From Mobula hypostoma (lineage: Eukaryota), in NCBI RefSeq assembly GCF_963921235.1, contig NC_086109.1, positions 32,676,001 to 32,740,000 on the forward strand: a stretch of DNA of 64,000 nucleotides, written 5' to 3'. The notes under the pieces are model-generated. The model searched no databases, was not told the origin of the DNA, and was given only the letters and a program-made list of their open reading frames with translations. Below, in pieces: positions 36,730 to 50,180 of the stretch. Made by a program: the position numbers and the translations under genes. Numbering within the stretch: the first letter of the stretch is position 1; every line of letters starts with the position of its first letter.

Positions 36730-36915
36730 TACACACTAGAGGAATTCAGCAGGTCAGGCAGCATCTACAGGCAGGAATAAAGAGTTGACATTTTGGGCCA
36801 AGGCTCTTCATCATCGACTCTTTATTCCTCTCCATAGATGCTGTCTGACCATCTGAGTTTCTCCAGCATTTTGCATGTGTTACTTTGGATTTCCAGCAGC
36901 TGCAGAATCTCTTGT
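36730..36915. repeat. Short inverted Penelope-derived element
   Basis: Two inverted 3'-UTR arms around a degenerate minus-strand hammerhead core. Confidence 0.65.
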
Positions 36916-37089
36916 GCTTATGTACAACTGAACAAAGGTTTATCAAATTTATCGAGCTTAATTTAATTTCCTCATCCTCAAATTAGGCTGGATAATAAAT
37001 GGAGTCTGGAGTTATTGTTGTGGAAGAAGGTTTACCTCCATTCCCTGTGGCTCTGGCACCACCTTTCTCCTCTTTCCACATCCCACTGG

Positions 37090-37735
37090 GTGGAGCAGTC
37101 CAGCCAAAGGCACTGTCTCCTCATAATTCCAGTGAATCAGGTTCAGTCTTGACCTCCAATGTCATCCCTACAGATTTCTTCCTGTAAGAGCAGGAGCTCC
37201 CTCCACCCTCCCCACATTCTTTAGTTCTCTCCCACATCTCAAAGAACATGAGGGATGCTACATTAGTTAGCAACTGCAAGTTATCCGGCGTCCAGAGAGG
37301 ATTAGAATGGCTTTATTTGTCACGCGTGCATCAAAACATACAGCAAAATGTGTTGCTTGCCTCAACGATCAACACAATCTGAGGATGTGCCCACAAAAGT
37401 CGCCATGCTTCCAGCACCAACATAACATGCCCGCAACTTACTTACCCTAAGGTGAGCATCACTGGAATGTGGGCACTCTGAAAAAGCCCGCAGGGGGCAT
37501 GGGGAGAAGATACAATCCCCTGAAAGGCAGCAGCGGGTATTGAACCTAAAGCATTCCACTAGCTACCATGCTACCGTGCTGCCCTGGCTGGTGACTGGTG
37601 GAATTTAGGGGGGGAGGCGATGGCAATATGGGGAGGTAAAATGGGACTGGTGCAGGATCCTTGTAAATTGGCGCGTGAAGCTCAGCAACGGACTCCCTGA
37701 GCCGAAAGGCCTGTTTCCATGCTGTGTGACTCTGC
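37090..37735 (+). mobile_element. Degraded V-domain/HE1-like SINE with CR1-type tail, interrupted
   Basis: CTCCCACATCTCAAAG V-domain-like text and GCCGAAAGGCCTGTTTCCATGCTGT tail. Confidence 0.45.
37300..37583 (-). mobile_element. tRNA-derived V-type SINE with Rex-like tail
   Basis: Minus head GGGCAGCACGGTAGC..GGTTCAATACC; TCTTCTCCCCATG V-like core; TGACAAATAAAG tail. Confidence 0.6.
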
Positions 37736-40700
37736 CTCTGCAATCTTCTGAGACTTGCTTCCCTTAATAACAGACCTAACCAGTTATCCTCCCCCAAACC
37801 ATCACACTTGTCTTGCGACATGGCTGGAAAATGAAATTGACTGGCGCTTCAGAACAAAGAACACATAAGGTGCAGAACTGACTAAGCCTTTCCCGGGCGT
37901 TCAAATGTTTTCATAAATTTCTGTAAAGCCTCCCTAAACAACTTGCTTCTGAAATTCCTGCTACATCATTGACCTGCTCACTTGTAGATTGGTCAAAATC
38001 TATTATATTGTGCACATGATTCCTAACTTAAAGAGGGAACTTTGAGCCTATTTACATCTACTTGTCTCAATAATTTGTATTTTTAAAATCCCTGGCCATT
38101 TATAAAATGTTTAGAACTTCAAAAAAATTGGCGTACATTAGCTAACACCTTGACTTTAAGCATGATTTACTAAATATGTGTTTAGAATATTCTGTTTTCA
38201 GTTGAAGCTGGTTTATTATTCCCTTTGATGTGGCGCTCCTTTGAATAGATGATTGTACTGGGTACAATGTGTATGGTTCATAATGTTTCCGGCCGGGTAG
38301 GAAAGCAATTAAGACACAAAATGTAGCCAAATGTCTTAATCAGCTTGCGCTCCCTATCTCCATATTAAAAACCATACTGGAAGGTTTTACATATAATTAG
38401 ACATATAAATATTTTTCACAATGAACTTATTTGCACCCTCTACAAAGATAGATTAAATAATGTGACAAAATTATCAGAATATTCTGGATTTTTTTTTAGT
38501 TTTACTTATAGCAGAACCTCATTTGATTGCTGGCTGTTGTGACAATCACTTGTGTCAGAACAGATAAAGTGCTGTGGTGTTTAGCTGCCACAACTAATGG
38601 AATGCAATTATTTAATGTGCTCAGAACTCCCCTGATCCACGGCATCATTTTGAACTATAAAATACAGTGACATTACATTTTAGTAAAGGTGCAGTATTGG
38701 ATTTCTGAATGTCAGCTGGAATGATCAGTGCCTGTTGACACCTCCATTATGTCTGAATCAAACACACACCACGTTTTGTGAACCTTTTATGCAGAAATAT
38801 AATACAAAGGAGCAGAAATTTTTGTAGCTTACAACATTGATGCAATGTTCAGTATAGTACACCCAACCGTACCTCACAGCACACAGAGGGAAAACTTTCA
38901 ATAATCTTGCTAGATGCCATTCTTTTGTATTGCACAAACTTTAAATGGAATAAAATTCTCCCTAGGGGACATCGGTGCTGCTTGAAGGATCTCATTCAAT
39001 CAGCAAGCCGTGTTCTTATGGAACAGAAGATTTTTAATAGTGTGGAGGGACATCTTCCCTGGCACCGTTTCAAGCAAGGATAGATTTCCGACAAGATGTT
39101 GAATGCTAATGAGGTGATTCAGTGCTGTTGACCTTGGGGTTGTTGTTCTTCAATAGTAAGCATACACAACTTTACATGCACAGCAACGCATACTGAAGAT
39201 CCCTCCCCCCTCTTCTGAGACACGGTACATTTCAGAGACAGATGTCCTTAGTGGCAAACCAGTTGGGATGCAGCATATGAACAACTGTGCATTACAATAT
39301 CTTGACTCAGTAATGTGACTGCCTTTCTCCTCTCCACAAAACTTACGTAAGTCGATGACAATCTTCAACTTATTTCGTAAGTGTGTCAAGGTAAGTGCTA
39401 CCAAGTATACCAAAGACTTTCCATAGTAAGGTGTGCTTGCCTGTAAAGAAAGTGCTTTGAAGTCAGAAAGAAAGAACAATTGAACCCATAATGATGTCTG
39501 CATGATAGAATAGAATGGACTCTTTTATAAAATTGACTATAAACCTTGTACCTAACTTTTCAAACAATAATAGAATAGTTTACATTTTGGTGGGATGTTT
39601 TACCCACAGCAGATTTTTCAATGTTTCTTAAAATAAAAGTGAGATTTAGTTATTGACTAGTTATTCAAAATTTTGTGCAAGTACAATACCCTTTTGTCTT
39701 TTTAACTTATGGGTGATGGGCTGGCTGAAATTTGGCTTGGCAGACCTCCAATACAACTGGAAGGAATATCAATAAACCTGACCTTAGAAAATCCCTTGAA
39801 GACATGTCAGTTTGTGCGTGATATCACAATGTGGGTGCAATGCACACAGGGGAGTGAGGTAAAGAAGGTCATTCTTTTCTTACCTCAGGTGAAATACTTA
39901 GTTCATGCAGTATAATTATTTTCCAGTGTTATGTTTGTGTCAAAACAGCCTGGTTATTGAACCTGCAGCTTGTTCCTCTGGTCAAGATCTTGACTACACC
40001 ATTGTTTCTTTCACATTATTAGTTTCCTTAGCCATTTTCCTTATCATGTTTCCTTATTGCTAATCAATAGGTTCTAATTTTCCCTTCTTATTTTTCGGAT
40101 GCACTTATCTTTCCTGAATTTCTTCCAATTTTCTAATCTCTTCCACCCCCTTCTGTAACCTCTGACTTTCAATGGCAATTACTTCAAGCATTTTCCACCC
40201 ATAAGTCCTTCACATACGCTTTGTAAGCTGCATGACATTAGCACAATTTTCCGACAGATCCTAGCATAACAAGAACATTCAAGTTGTGTGCAATCGAGGT
40301 TACTGGAAGTCAGACAAAATATGTGTACAGGAGAACACTGAACTGATGCTTTTCCCAGCAACTCATAAATTCTGGTTTATATTATGGCTTGTTCAGCTGA
40401 ACCAGTAATCCAACAAACAATAGTTCATTTCCAGCAGGACGTTGCTCTTTGCAGCCCTGCCATTCAGAATATGTGACTTTCTGAGTGCTTTTTTTAAAAT
40501 AACCTAGTTGCTCCCTCATTTCCTTTTAGATGTGAGAGAGTCTGCAAAGAGTTGTGGGGATGTAACCAGGAATGGATGGTTTGCATTATAAGGAAAGGTT
40601 GGATAGCTACCTGTAGGATAAGCTGGGGCATTCTCCCCTGGAGGCTGAGGGGTGACATTATTGAGGTTTATAAAACCATGAACAGTAAACCTTTCTTTTG

Positions 40701-41210
40701 TTCTGCATGCACGTTATTATCTCTGCTCTCTGCTTTGATATTCCCATCTTCCTCTCAATTTACTCCTCTCTCCTCTTCAAACACCCACGCATTTTCCGTA
40801 TCTTGTGTGTTCTCCCAAAGTGAGGGCATCAAGCATTTAGATGTCCAGAGACTGACAGATGCTCAAACTATGGTACTATTTCCTGTTTTCTCATCTAGTT
40901 TACCAGAGGTTTTGTTAATTTGCAGAACTTATCCTACTTAATTATCTTTAAAACTAATTCAATTGGAATGAGGAAGACACTTGTCAGTATTTTCTTAGAT
41001 GGAGTCGATATTTAGGGCGTGAGCTACAGGTCCAGTTTAACTCACAGGAAGAAACAAAAACTCTTTCCCTTTCTCATTATCTATCTGTCCCAAATAGAAT
41101 TTTTGCCTCACATGTATGATCCTTTAAGAAAACAAAACGCAGATGCAAGCTTTAAAACTCAGCAGGTTTTTATTTATAGTGGGTGGGCAAGTATCAGCAT
41201 GATAAGCTAT

Positions 41211-41794
41211 CACACGGGACAACGATTTTTTTCAAAATTGTTGCCTCCTCAGAAGTTTTTCTTTGTTTATGATAGACCACTTTAAGTGAACGCAAATATT
41301 ATTTCAGACCACTTATATTGCATAGGAATTTGGAGAAACAAGAAATTAACTTTTATTGAATATAATGCGTTTAATTGCATAAAGGTGCTTATATTTTGCA
41401 AAAGTTCAACTAAGCTAAAGGTATTTTGCTGATGATTTTCATTTCTACTCAAGTGTCTGAGGCTTCTCACTTAAGTGTCCAACAGTAATCAGCCAGCAAT
41501 AATGGATTCCAGTTAGGCAAATACTGTTCTTCCATGACTACAATGCCCTGGTGAAACCTTTTGCCATGCTCGTTATTGACAGCACCAAGATTTGCAGGGA
41601 AGAAATCTAGATGGGAATGCAGAAAATGAATCTTTAGTGACATGTTGCACTTCATGCTTGAGACACGTTGTCAATTGGCTGTACATAGCTTGGTACTCTG
41701 TAGGTGCCAAGAAAATTTTCAACATCCTTGAATGCCTTCCATGCAATTTTCTCTGGTCCCTCTAGAAGTTCTTTGAATTGTCTGTCATTGATGA
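41211..41794 (-). mobile_element. DNA transposon 3' fragment, Chapaev3-like transposase
   Basis: EKIAWKAFKDV..; CNMSLKIHFLHSHLDFFPANLGAV..EHGKRFHQ..LLADYCWTLK; CAC-start terminus near 41211. Confidence 0.6.
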
Positions 41795-41948
41795 CATAGA
41801 AAGATAGAAACATAGAAAATAGGTGCAGGAGTAGGCCATTCGGCCCTTCGAGCCTGCACCGCCATTCAGTATGATCATGGCTGATCATCCAACTCAGAAC
41901 CCTGCACCAGCCTTCCCTCCATACCCCCTGATCCCTTTAGCCACAAGA
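41795..41948 (-). mobile_element. 3' tip of the young CR1 family
   Basis: Reverse complement of the 3' end at 35318-35462. Confidence 0.9.
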
Positions 41949-41949
41949 G

Positions 41950-42125
41950 ATTTAAAATCTCTTTTAAATCTCTTACTAGCTCTTTCTTCAGTTAGTCCTG
42001 ATGAAGGGTCTCGGCCTGAAACGTCAACTGGACATCTTTCTAGAGATGCTGCCTGGCCTGCTGCGTTCACCAGCAACTTTGATGTGTGTTGCTTGCATTT
42101 CCAGCATCTGCAGAATTCCTCATGT
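41950..42125 (+). mobile_element. Penelope-like element 3' UTR fragment
   Basis: Matches 62290-62416 and the reverse complement of 61095-61260. Confidence 0.85.
41994..42029 (+). ncRNA. Minimal type I hammerhead ribozyme motif
   Basis: AGTC-CTGATGA-AGGGTCTCGGCCT-GAAA-CGTC-AACT. Confidence 0.7.
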
Positions 42126-42232
42126 TTGGGAGCATTTAATAGGTTGCGCAAGCTTGTCCCCATTACCATCCCTGGATACAACAACCTTAAGGAATCATTG
42201 TTATTAATACATATTCAAAAATGTATATATTA

Positions 42233-42668
42233 TTTCAGGCCTACACGAGCAGGCACCTCCCACCTCCACCAAATTAACAGGAGCCACCTGCCACTAGTTT
42301 TCAACTCATCACCTGCACCCTATTTAAACCCGGCTGTTATCCACAGTCCTTGTTCACTCATCCTGTCAAAAAATGTAGAGGAGGCTTGACCCAAATACAG
42401 AGACAATTTAGTGGTAAGTGATAAACTGCAAAACAACAAGCCACGAAGAGTGACAAAACACCAGAGAACAGATACTTAACATGACAAGGTAGCTAGTTAA
42501 CTGAAGACAACAAGCAACTGGTTGAGACTGACTGGTTCAATGAGTGAACAAGGACTGTGCCAAGAGCTGGGTTTAAATAGGCTGCAGGTTATGAGTTGGA
42601 AATGAGTGGCAGGTGGCTCCTGTTAGCTGGGTGAAGACTGAGAGATTCTTATCTGTGCAGGCCTGGCA
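42233..42668. mobile_element. Solo Gypsy-like LTR (42364-42668, minus) with an adjacent inverted partial copy (42233-42363)
   Basis: TG..CA ends, TATTTAAA box and TCTCTGTATTTGGGTC U5-like text; ~130-bp inverted arms. Confidence 0.7.
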
Positions 42669-42724
42669 TGCTTTTAATTAGTAGTTACAGCAGGTGAGAA
42701 ATTAAAACAGTAATATTTCTTTCA

Positions 42725-42810
42725 TGTACACAAGCATACACAGAAACACACACATGTACACACACATACACAAAAACAGACACACGTACACAGAAACATG
42801 TATACACACC
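42725..42810. repeat. Degenerate (CA)-rich microsatellite
   Basis: ACACAC/ATACAC runs. Confidence 0.7.
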
Positions 42811-43469
42811 CAGAAATAACTCATAACTGGGGTTTCAGAAATTATTGATTTAATAAAGCTTACTTTTCATAATACATTCATTTTCAAATATATCAAGTCC
42901 TCACCAGATTACCTATCTTACATAGTTCAAGGAAGATGTTCCAATCAGAACTAAAAAAAATCTGAAATTCTACCTGATAGAAACAAGCTTGAATTTAAAC
43001 TTCAGCAAATGAAAGACTTTTTAAAACTGGTCTAAGTCTGAGCATAACGTGCTTGGTTAGTGGAAGGCCCCTAAGGCAGAAACACTTGGCTAATTGCTAC
43101 ATTCCTAATGTACAATGTGGTCTGGTATGCACTTTGTAGGATGTGGAAGATTCTAGATTAATTCTGATTGTTTCTTTTCTTTAAATCAGAATAACATTAC
43201 TTGCTCAGGAATTTGAAAGGATTGTTGCCCATGTGTCCGCTATGTCTGCCTTTCTAAGTGATGAAACAGAGTTTTGGAGACTATACTGAAAAGGCTCAGC
43301 AGAAATGATGCAGAAGATTGTGCAGCCACCATTGACTGTGGTCTGGTGCACTGCTGGTGGATAGGCTGGATATTAAATCCAGTAGAAACATTCCAACCAA
43401 GCTCAATGTTTCTTGATGTTGGTGAGCTCTTTGAGCAGTTTTGCAGCTGCTACCATCCAAGCAAGGTGA

Positions 43470-43838
43470 CAGAGTGGAGATACATCTCTACCAAAGGAGG
43501 TGAAAGGTGTTCCTTCCCTCTGCTAGCCTGCAGGTCACCCTTGGGCAAGGTGTAGCACCTGCTTAGCCCCCAATCAGGGTCACTTGAAGCCATGGGAGCA
43601 GGTGCTGGATGGTCGTATGAGCAGCTGGTGCATATCAGAAGTCCAGGTTATGTGACCACTGACGCCAAGCAGACAATCTCTGAAGAGTATTGATAATGGT
43701 TGGGGTCACACATCTTGTAAAGACATCGACCGGAAGAATGCAATGGCAAATCACTTCTGTAGAAAAATTTTCAAAAACAGTCATTGTCATGGAAAGACAA
43801 TAATAACCGATGTCATATGACACAGCACATAACGACCA
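43470..43838 (+). mobile_element. RTE-derived non-autonomous element (Bov-A-like)
   Basis: GCAATGGCAAATCACTTCTGTA motif plus ATATGACACAGCACATAACGAC RTE-like 3' end. Confidence 0.55.
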
Positions 43839-44639
43839 AACTACCTAAGCCAATGCAGGGGATTCTGCCATATTCTTGAATTGTTTTACCGACGGTGATA
43901 ACGAGAGAGAGAAATCAGGACCTGAGCCACTAAATATTAAGCCTCAAACATTCTCTAATAGCAATGTGGCTACTTGGCTACATATCTGATCAATCTTGAA
44001 CACTCTTGTTATTAAACGTTGACAACGATTGTGAAAAACTTGGTGATAGGCAAATGAATGTGGCAGAAAGACTCTTTTTTTGTTGGGGATGACATGACCA
44101 ATATTCCTCATTAATCTGCCTAACCTAGGATTCTGGCCAGACCTCGCTTTGCGTTGGGATGGAATGCTTCATTATATAAGGGATTTTTGATGAAGCTGTG
44201 TGCCTGAAAGCAACAGTGACCAGTTCGTCTTCTGAGAAAGGGAAGGTCATTGCTTTAACAATTGAATATAGCTGGAGCCAGAAACATATGATGTACTGGG
44301 GCTGAGATGACTAGCATCCGACAACAGTAACCATTTGTGCTAGATTTAACTCTAACTACTAGGGAATTTACCACGTGATTTTTTATCGATTTCAATTTTA
44401 AATCTGTTTTATACCCTAACTACATAGCATTCATGATCACAATCACTCCACTTTTGCTCCCATTGCTATTACCCCACGAGCCCACTATTACGAAGGCAAT
44501 GTGTCCAGCATTCATGGGAGTAAATGGGAGAGCCGTATGTGTAGATAGATGGGCCCAGTGAAGCAGAGTCACGAACCGTAAGCTCAGAAGGACTTCGATT
44601 TTCTAGAGCTATCACTATTGGTTAAGAATGCAACAAATG

Positions 44640-44820
44640 AACTATGAGCAATGCCTATCTCATGATCTGGTTAAATATTTTATTGCTGTTTGTATGATGT
44701 TGCTACGCCCAAATTGGCTGTAATATTTGCCTACACTACAACAATGGTAATACTCGGGGAAGTGATTCGTTAACTAAAGCATTTTGGGATGTGCTGATGT
44801 TGAAAAAGACATTACTTTGT
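44640..44820 (+). mobile_element. Degraded DeuSINE (SacSINE1-like) 3' part
   Basis: AAATTGGCTG..CCTACACTACAACA..AAAGCATTTTGGGATGT resembles the recalled consensus. Confidence 0.5.
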
Positions 44821-46169
44821 ACAACTTTGATTGCAAAATTAAACAACTGAATATTGATATGAATTTTCAGATTTTTTCTATTCTTACCGACTTGCCATTA
44901 CTTTACCCCGACACTAGTTATGTGAAAGTGGAAAAATGCATAATGTTTAATATGGAATTGAGAAATTTGGTGAAATACCTACAACGTTTGGTAATGTAAA
45001 TGCTTCCTCATCAATAAAGTTAAATTTGGTTCCTTGTAAACTTGCAGTGTGATGACCATGCCTTATTTGAAAAAGGCAGGTATAAACAAATTTTAAAGGC
45101 TTCTCTGTATTATGATAATTTTCCAAAATAGACAATCATTAACAAAATTGTTTACTTGATTCTAAGAAAACTTAAAATTTAAAATATATTTTATCAGTCG
45201 TTAAACTAACATTTAATTTACCAAACTAACTAAATTTATCCTAATTTTTTAATAACTCTCGCCTTCCAATTACTGCAGGATAGTGTCAGCCTGAGAAATG
45301 ACCTGTGATAGCATTGACATTCTTCAGCTCTGAGAGGTGTGGTTTTATTTTGAGTAAGTACTCACTGAGCAGACCGTTATTGATTTCTTACAATCTCGTG
45401 GGTGGCTGTTTATTTTAGATTCCTTGAATAATAAATCAAAAGATTATCTCTTAAAATGCATAGAATTCTATGTGCATTTTCTTAAGCGTACGATAATGAA
45501 TTCTCTTTTACAATTTTGGCAGTGACAGAATAAAGGTGATCACTTTACCTATTTCCCTCTTATAAGTTGGTAGCATTGATTATGTACGAGTCACCAAGGT
45601 AAAATTGTATGTGTCTTTGGGTTGCTGCAGAAAAAAATAATGTTTCTCTGTGTTTCAATGACTGAACAAAGGGGTCTTGTATTTATAGCACACAGAAATA
45701 CAGATTATGTTGGTTATCTTGAGTCATTTATTGTCCATTTGACCTTCGGAGAAGATAAATGTGAATTTGGAACAAAGTTTCCTTTGTGATTTGCTGTTGT
45801 ATCAAAATTCCCAGTTCAGCTGTTAACAGGAGACACATGAGACATAACTTGCTTAATAATGATAACATGAAACATTTTTGAGTCAGTTCAAGTAGGGGAT
45901 TTCTTTAATCAAATGAGTAGATGCTTAATTATTTGTGACTAAAGTAGTTATGTACTTTGGCCTGGTGACTAACAAATCAGAAAGCTATGCCTCAAAACTT
46001 ATGGAGTACTTGGCATTTTGATGTGAGCCATGCCACAATTATACCCTTTCAGTTTGTATTTTGATAAATAAATCACTTATTTCATAATTTTGAGTCAATA
46101 AATAAAGGTAAATCTCATTCAAATTGTTATTGCTAATGCAAATTACCAGCTTGCAGTTAGTTAAAATAT

Positions 46170-46355
46170 AGAACATGAGAGCACAGTACAGGCCTTTCAG
46201 CCCATGATTTTGTGCTGCCCTTTTAACCTACTCTAAGATCAATCATCTAACTTTTTCTTCCCACATAGTCCTCCATTTTTACATCATCCATGTGCCTATC
46301 TAAGAGACTCCTAAGTGTCCTTAAAGTATCTGCCTCTACCACCATCCCTAGCAGT
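46170..46355 (-). mobile_element. CR1 3' tip
   Basis: ACAGTACAGGCCTTTCAGCCC..CCATCCATGTGCCTATCTAAG. Confidence 0.7.
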
Positions 46356-46707
46356 AAAGAATTTGATTAAAATAACCTATAGATAGAAAGAGTGAATGTT
46401 GAGCCTGCCAATATTCCATGTGTTCTTGGACCAAGTGGCTTTAACCAGCTAATCCCCAGCCAAACCTTCAGCCTTTGTGAAGTTATTGTAAACTGGAAGG
46501 ATGAATGGGACCTAATAAGATCATATGCATTGATAACATCTTTTATCCCATTCCAAGGACCTCAGTGCAGGAGTTCCTCCAGGTTGCATTTCGGACCAAC
46601 CACCTTCAGCTGTGTCATCAATTGCTTTCATTTTGTTGGAAGATCAGAAATGGGGATAGTCCTTTTTGACAGAAGAATGCCCAGTTTCATGCCATAAGTC
46701 ATGGCAT

Positions 46708-49400
46708 TAGACCATAAGACATAGGAGCAGAATTAGACCATTTGACCTATCGAGGTCTGCTTTGCTATTACCACTCAACCTCATTCTCTTGCGTTTTCTC
46801 CATAACCTTTCATACCCTGACTAGCCAAGAACCTGTCAGCAGCTGCCTCACATACACCCAACGATCTGTCCTCCACAGCCACCTGTGGCAATGAATTTCA
46901 GATTCACAACCCTTTGGCTAAAGAAATTCCTCCTCTTCTGTTTTAAATGGATGTCCTTCTATCCTGAGGTTGTTCACTCTGGTCCTAGACTCCCCCATGA
47001 TAGGAAACATCCTCTCTAAATCCACTCTGTCTCGGCCTTTCAACATTCGATAGGTTTCAATGACATCTTCCCTCACACTTCTAAATCCAGTGAATACAGG
47101 CCCAGAGCCATGAAATGCTCCTCATATGATAAGCCTTTCATTCCCAGAATCAATTTTCGTGAACCTCCTTTGAACCCTCTCCAATGTCATCTTAGATAAG
47201 GGGCCCAAATCTGCTTACAATACTCCAAGTGAGGCCTCACCAGAACCTTTTAAAGCCTCAGTACTATATACTCTTTGTTATATTCTAGTCCTCTCAGAAT
47301 AAATGCTAACATTGCATTTGCCTTCCTCACTACTGACTCAACCTGCAAGTTAACATTTAGGGAATCCTGCATGAGGACTCCCAAGTCCATTTGTAATTTC
47401 ATTTAGAAAATAGTCTTTGCTTTTATTCTTTCGACTAAAGAACATGACCATACATTTCCTGACACTGTTTTCCATCTGCCAGCTTTTTGCCCATTCTCCT
47501 AATCTGTCTAAGTCCTTCTGCAACCTCCTTGCTTCCTCAGCACGACATGCTCCTCTACCTATCTTTGGATCATCCGCAAACTTGGCCACAAAACCATCAA
47601 TTCCATACATACAATGTAAAAAGAATATGTCCCAACACAGACACTTGTGGAAAACCACTAGTCACTGGCAGTCGATCAGAAAAGGCTTCCTTTATTTCCG
47701 CTCTTTGCCTCCTGCCAATCAGCCAAAGATCTAACAATGCTAGTATCTTTCCTGTAATGCCATAGGCTTTTATCTTGTGCGGCATCTTGTCAAAGGGCCG
47801 CTGAAAATGCAAGTACAAAACATCCAGCGATTCTCTTTGTCTATCCTGCCTGTGGTTTCCTCAAAGAATTCCAACAGATTTGTCAGGCAAGATTTTCTGT
47901 TAAAGAAACCATGCTGACTTTGGCCTATTTTATTATGTGCCTCCTAGTACCCTGAAACCTCGTCTTTTACAATTGACTCCAACATCTTCCCAACCACTGA
48001 GGGCAGGCTAAATGGCCTATAATTTCCTTTCTTCTGCCTCCTTTTCTTAAAGAATGGAGTGATACTTGCAATTTTCCAGTACTCTGGAACCATGTCTGAA
48101 TCTATTGATTCTTGAAAGATCATTACTAATGTCTCCAAAATCTCTTCAGCTACCTCTTTCACAACTCTGGGGTGTATACCATTTGGTCCAGGTGACTTGT
48201 CTATCTTCCGACGTTTTAACATCCCAAGCACATACTCCCTATTCATAGCAACTGCACTCACTTCTGCCCTCTGACACTCTCGAACATCCAGCATATTGCT
48301 AGTGTCGTCCACAGAGCAGACTGATGCAAAATATTTATTCAGTTCATCCACCATTTCCTTGTACTCCATTACTATCACTCCAGTGTCATCTTCCAGTAGC
48401 CTGATATCTACTCTTGCCTCTCTTTTAATCTTTACTTATCTAAAAAAACTGTTGGTATCCACTTTAATATTATTGGCTAGCTTACCTTCATATTTCATCT
48501 TCCCTCCTTATGGCTTTTTTACATGTCTTCTGTTGTTTTTTAAATCTTCCCAATCGTCCAACTTCCTGCTTTTTTTTTGCTCTATTATAAGCCCTCTCTT
48601 TTGCTTTTCTGTTGGCTTTGACTTTTCATGTCAGCCCTGTTGTGACAGCCTTCCTTTAGAATACTACTACTTCTTTGGGATGCACCTTTCAAATTTCTCC
48701 CAGAAACTCCAGCCATTGCTGTTCTGCTGTCATCCCTGCTTGTGTCCCCTTCCAATTAACTTTGGCCAGATCCTGTCATGTGCCCCTGTAATTCCTTTTA
48801 CTCCACTGTAATACTGATACATTTGATTTTAGCTTCTCCCTGTCAAACTTCAGGGTGAATTCTATCATCATATGATCACTGCCTCCTAAGAATTCCTTTA
48901 CCTTAAGCTCCCTACTTAAATCTGGCTCATTATGCTTCAACCAATCCAGAATAGCTGATCCCCTAGTGGGCTCAATCACAAGCTGCTCTAAAAAAGCATT
49001 TGCATTCTACAAATTCTCTCTCTTGGAATCCAAAATCAGCACCAACCTGATTTTCCCAATCTAGCTGCATATTGAAATCCCCCAGGAATATCGAAACATT
49101 GCCCTTTTTGACAAGCATTTTCTATCTCTCATTGTAATTTGTAGCCCATGTCCTGCATGCTGTTTGGAGGCCTGTACATAACTCCCTTCAGGGTCCTTTT
49201 AGTCTTGCAATTCCTTAACTCTAACCACAACGATTTTGCATCTTCTGATTCTATGTCACCTCTTTCTATGGATTTGATCTATTTTTTTAACCAACAGAGC
49301 TACACCATTTGTCTTTGCCTACCTACCTGCCATTTGGATACAATGTGTATCCTTGGATATTAAACTCCCAATTATAATTTTCTTTCAGCTTTAACTCAAT
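46708..49400 (-). mobile_element. Near full-length but disrupted CR1 ORF2
   Basis: EPTRGSAILD..SDH (APE), SPGPNGIHPRVVKE, NYRP, KFADD; (TATGGTC)-type tail. Confidence 0.88.
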
Positions 49401-49867
49401 GATTTGGAAGACGTAAATAATATTCAAACATTCGTACAAGTAGCATGAAGCCACTAAGACAAGAAGTGCCATTGCTATAACCTCGCCATCAACATCCTGG
49501 AAATTGGGGAGGGGCTGCAGAGGCAAATGCATGGGTTAGGGTCCTCCTTAGCTGGCCCCTCCTAATGGCAAAACACAGTGGTCATGAACTTCACCACACA
49601 ACTTCCAGAGGAATACAGGAAATTTATCTCCATTTTATGTTTGCTTTGCTGCGGCATGCAAGCTGTGCTGCTCGCAAGTCGATCCCCAGTGAAGACCTGT
49701 CTCAAGCAAGGCTGCTTTGTTGTCCAGGATCAGGTTTATTGTCACTGACATCCTGTCAGTTGTGAAATCTGGTGGATTATGGCAGCAGTAAAATGCAGGC
49801 ATAACAATTTGCTCCAGGTTGCAAAAATAAATAAATAAATATTGCAAAAGAAGAATAATGAAGTAAT

Positions 49868-50180
49868 GGACATGTGGCCAAGTGGTTAAGGCATTGGACT
49901 AGCGACCTGAAGGTCATGAGTTCAAGCCCCAGCCGAGGCAACATGTGCTGTGTCCTTGAGCAAGGCACTTAATCACACATTGCTCTGCGACGACACTGGT
50001 GCCAAGCTGTATGGGCCCTAATGCCCTTCCCTTGGACAACATTGGTGTCGTGGAGAGGGGAGACTTGCAGCATGGGCAACTGCTGGTCTTCCATACAAAC
50101 TTGCCCAGGCCTGCGCCCTGGAGAGTGAAGACTTTCCAGGCGCAGATCCATGGTCTCGCAAGACTAATGGATGCCTTTAA
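49868..50180 (+). mobile_element. tRNA-derived SINE inserted in a Rex-type 3' remnant
   Basis: A-box TGGCCAAGTGG and B-box GAGTTCAAGCC; GTCCTTGAGCAAGGCACTTAA core; body shared with 21582-21760. Confidence 0.8.

Noticed and set aside
49868..49940. tRNA-like sequence
   Set aside because: SINE head continuing into a SINE body; no clean acceptor stem, so not called a tRNA gene
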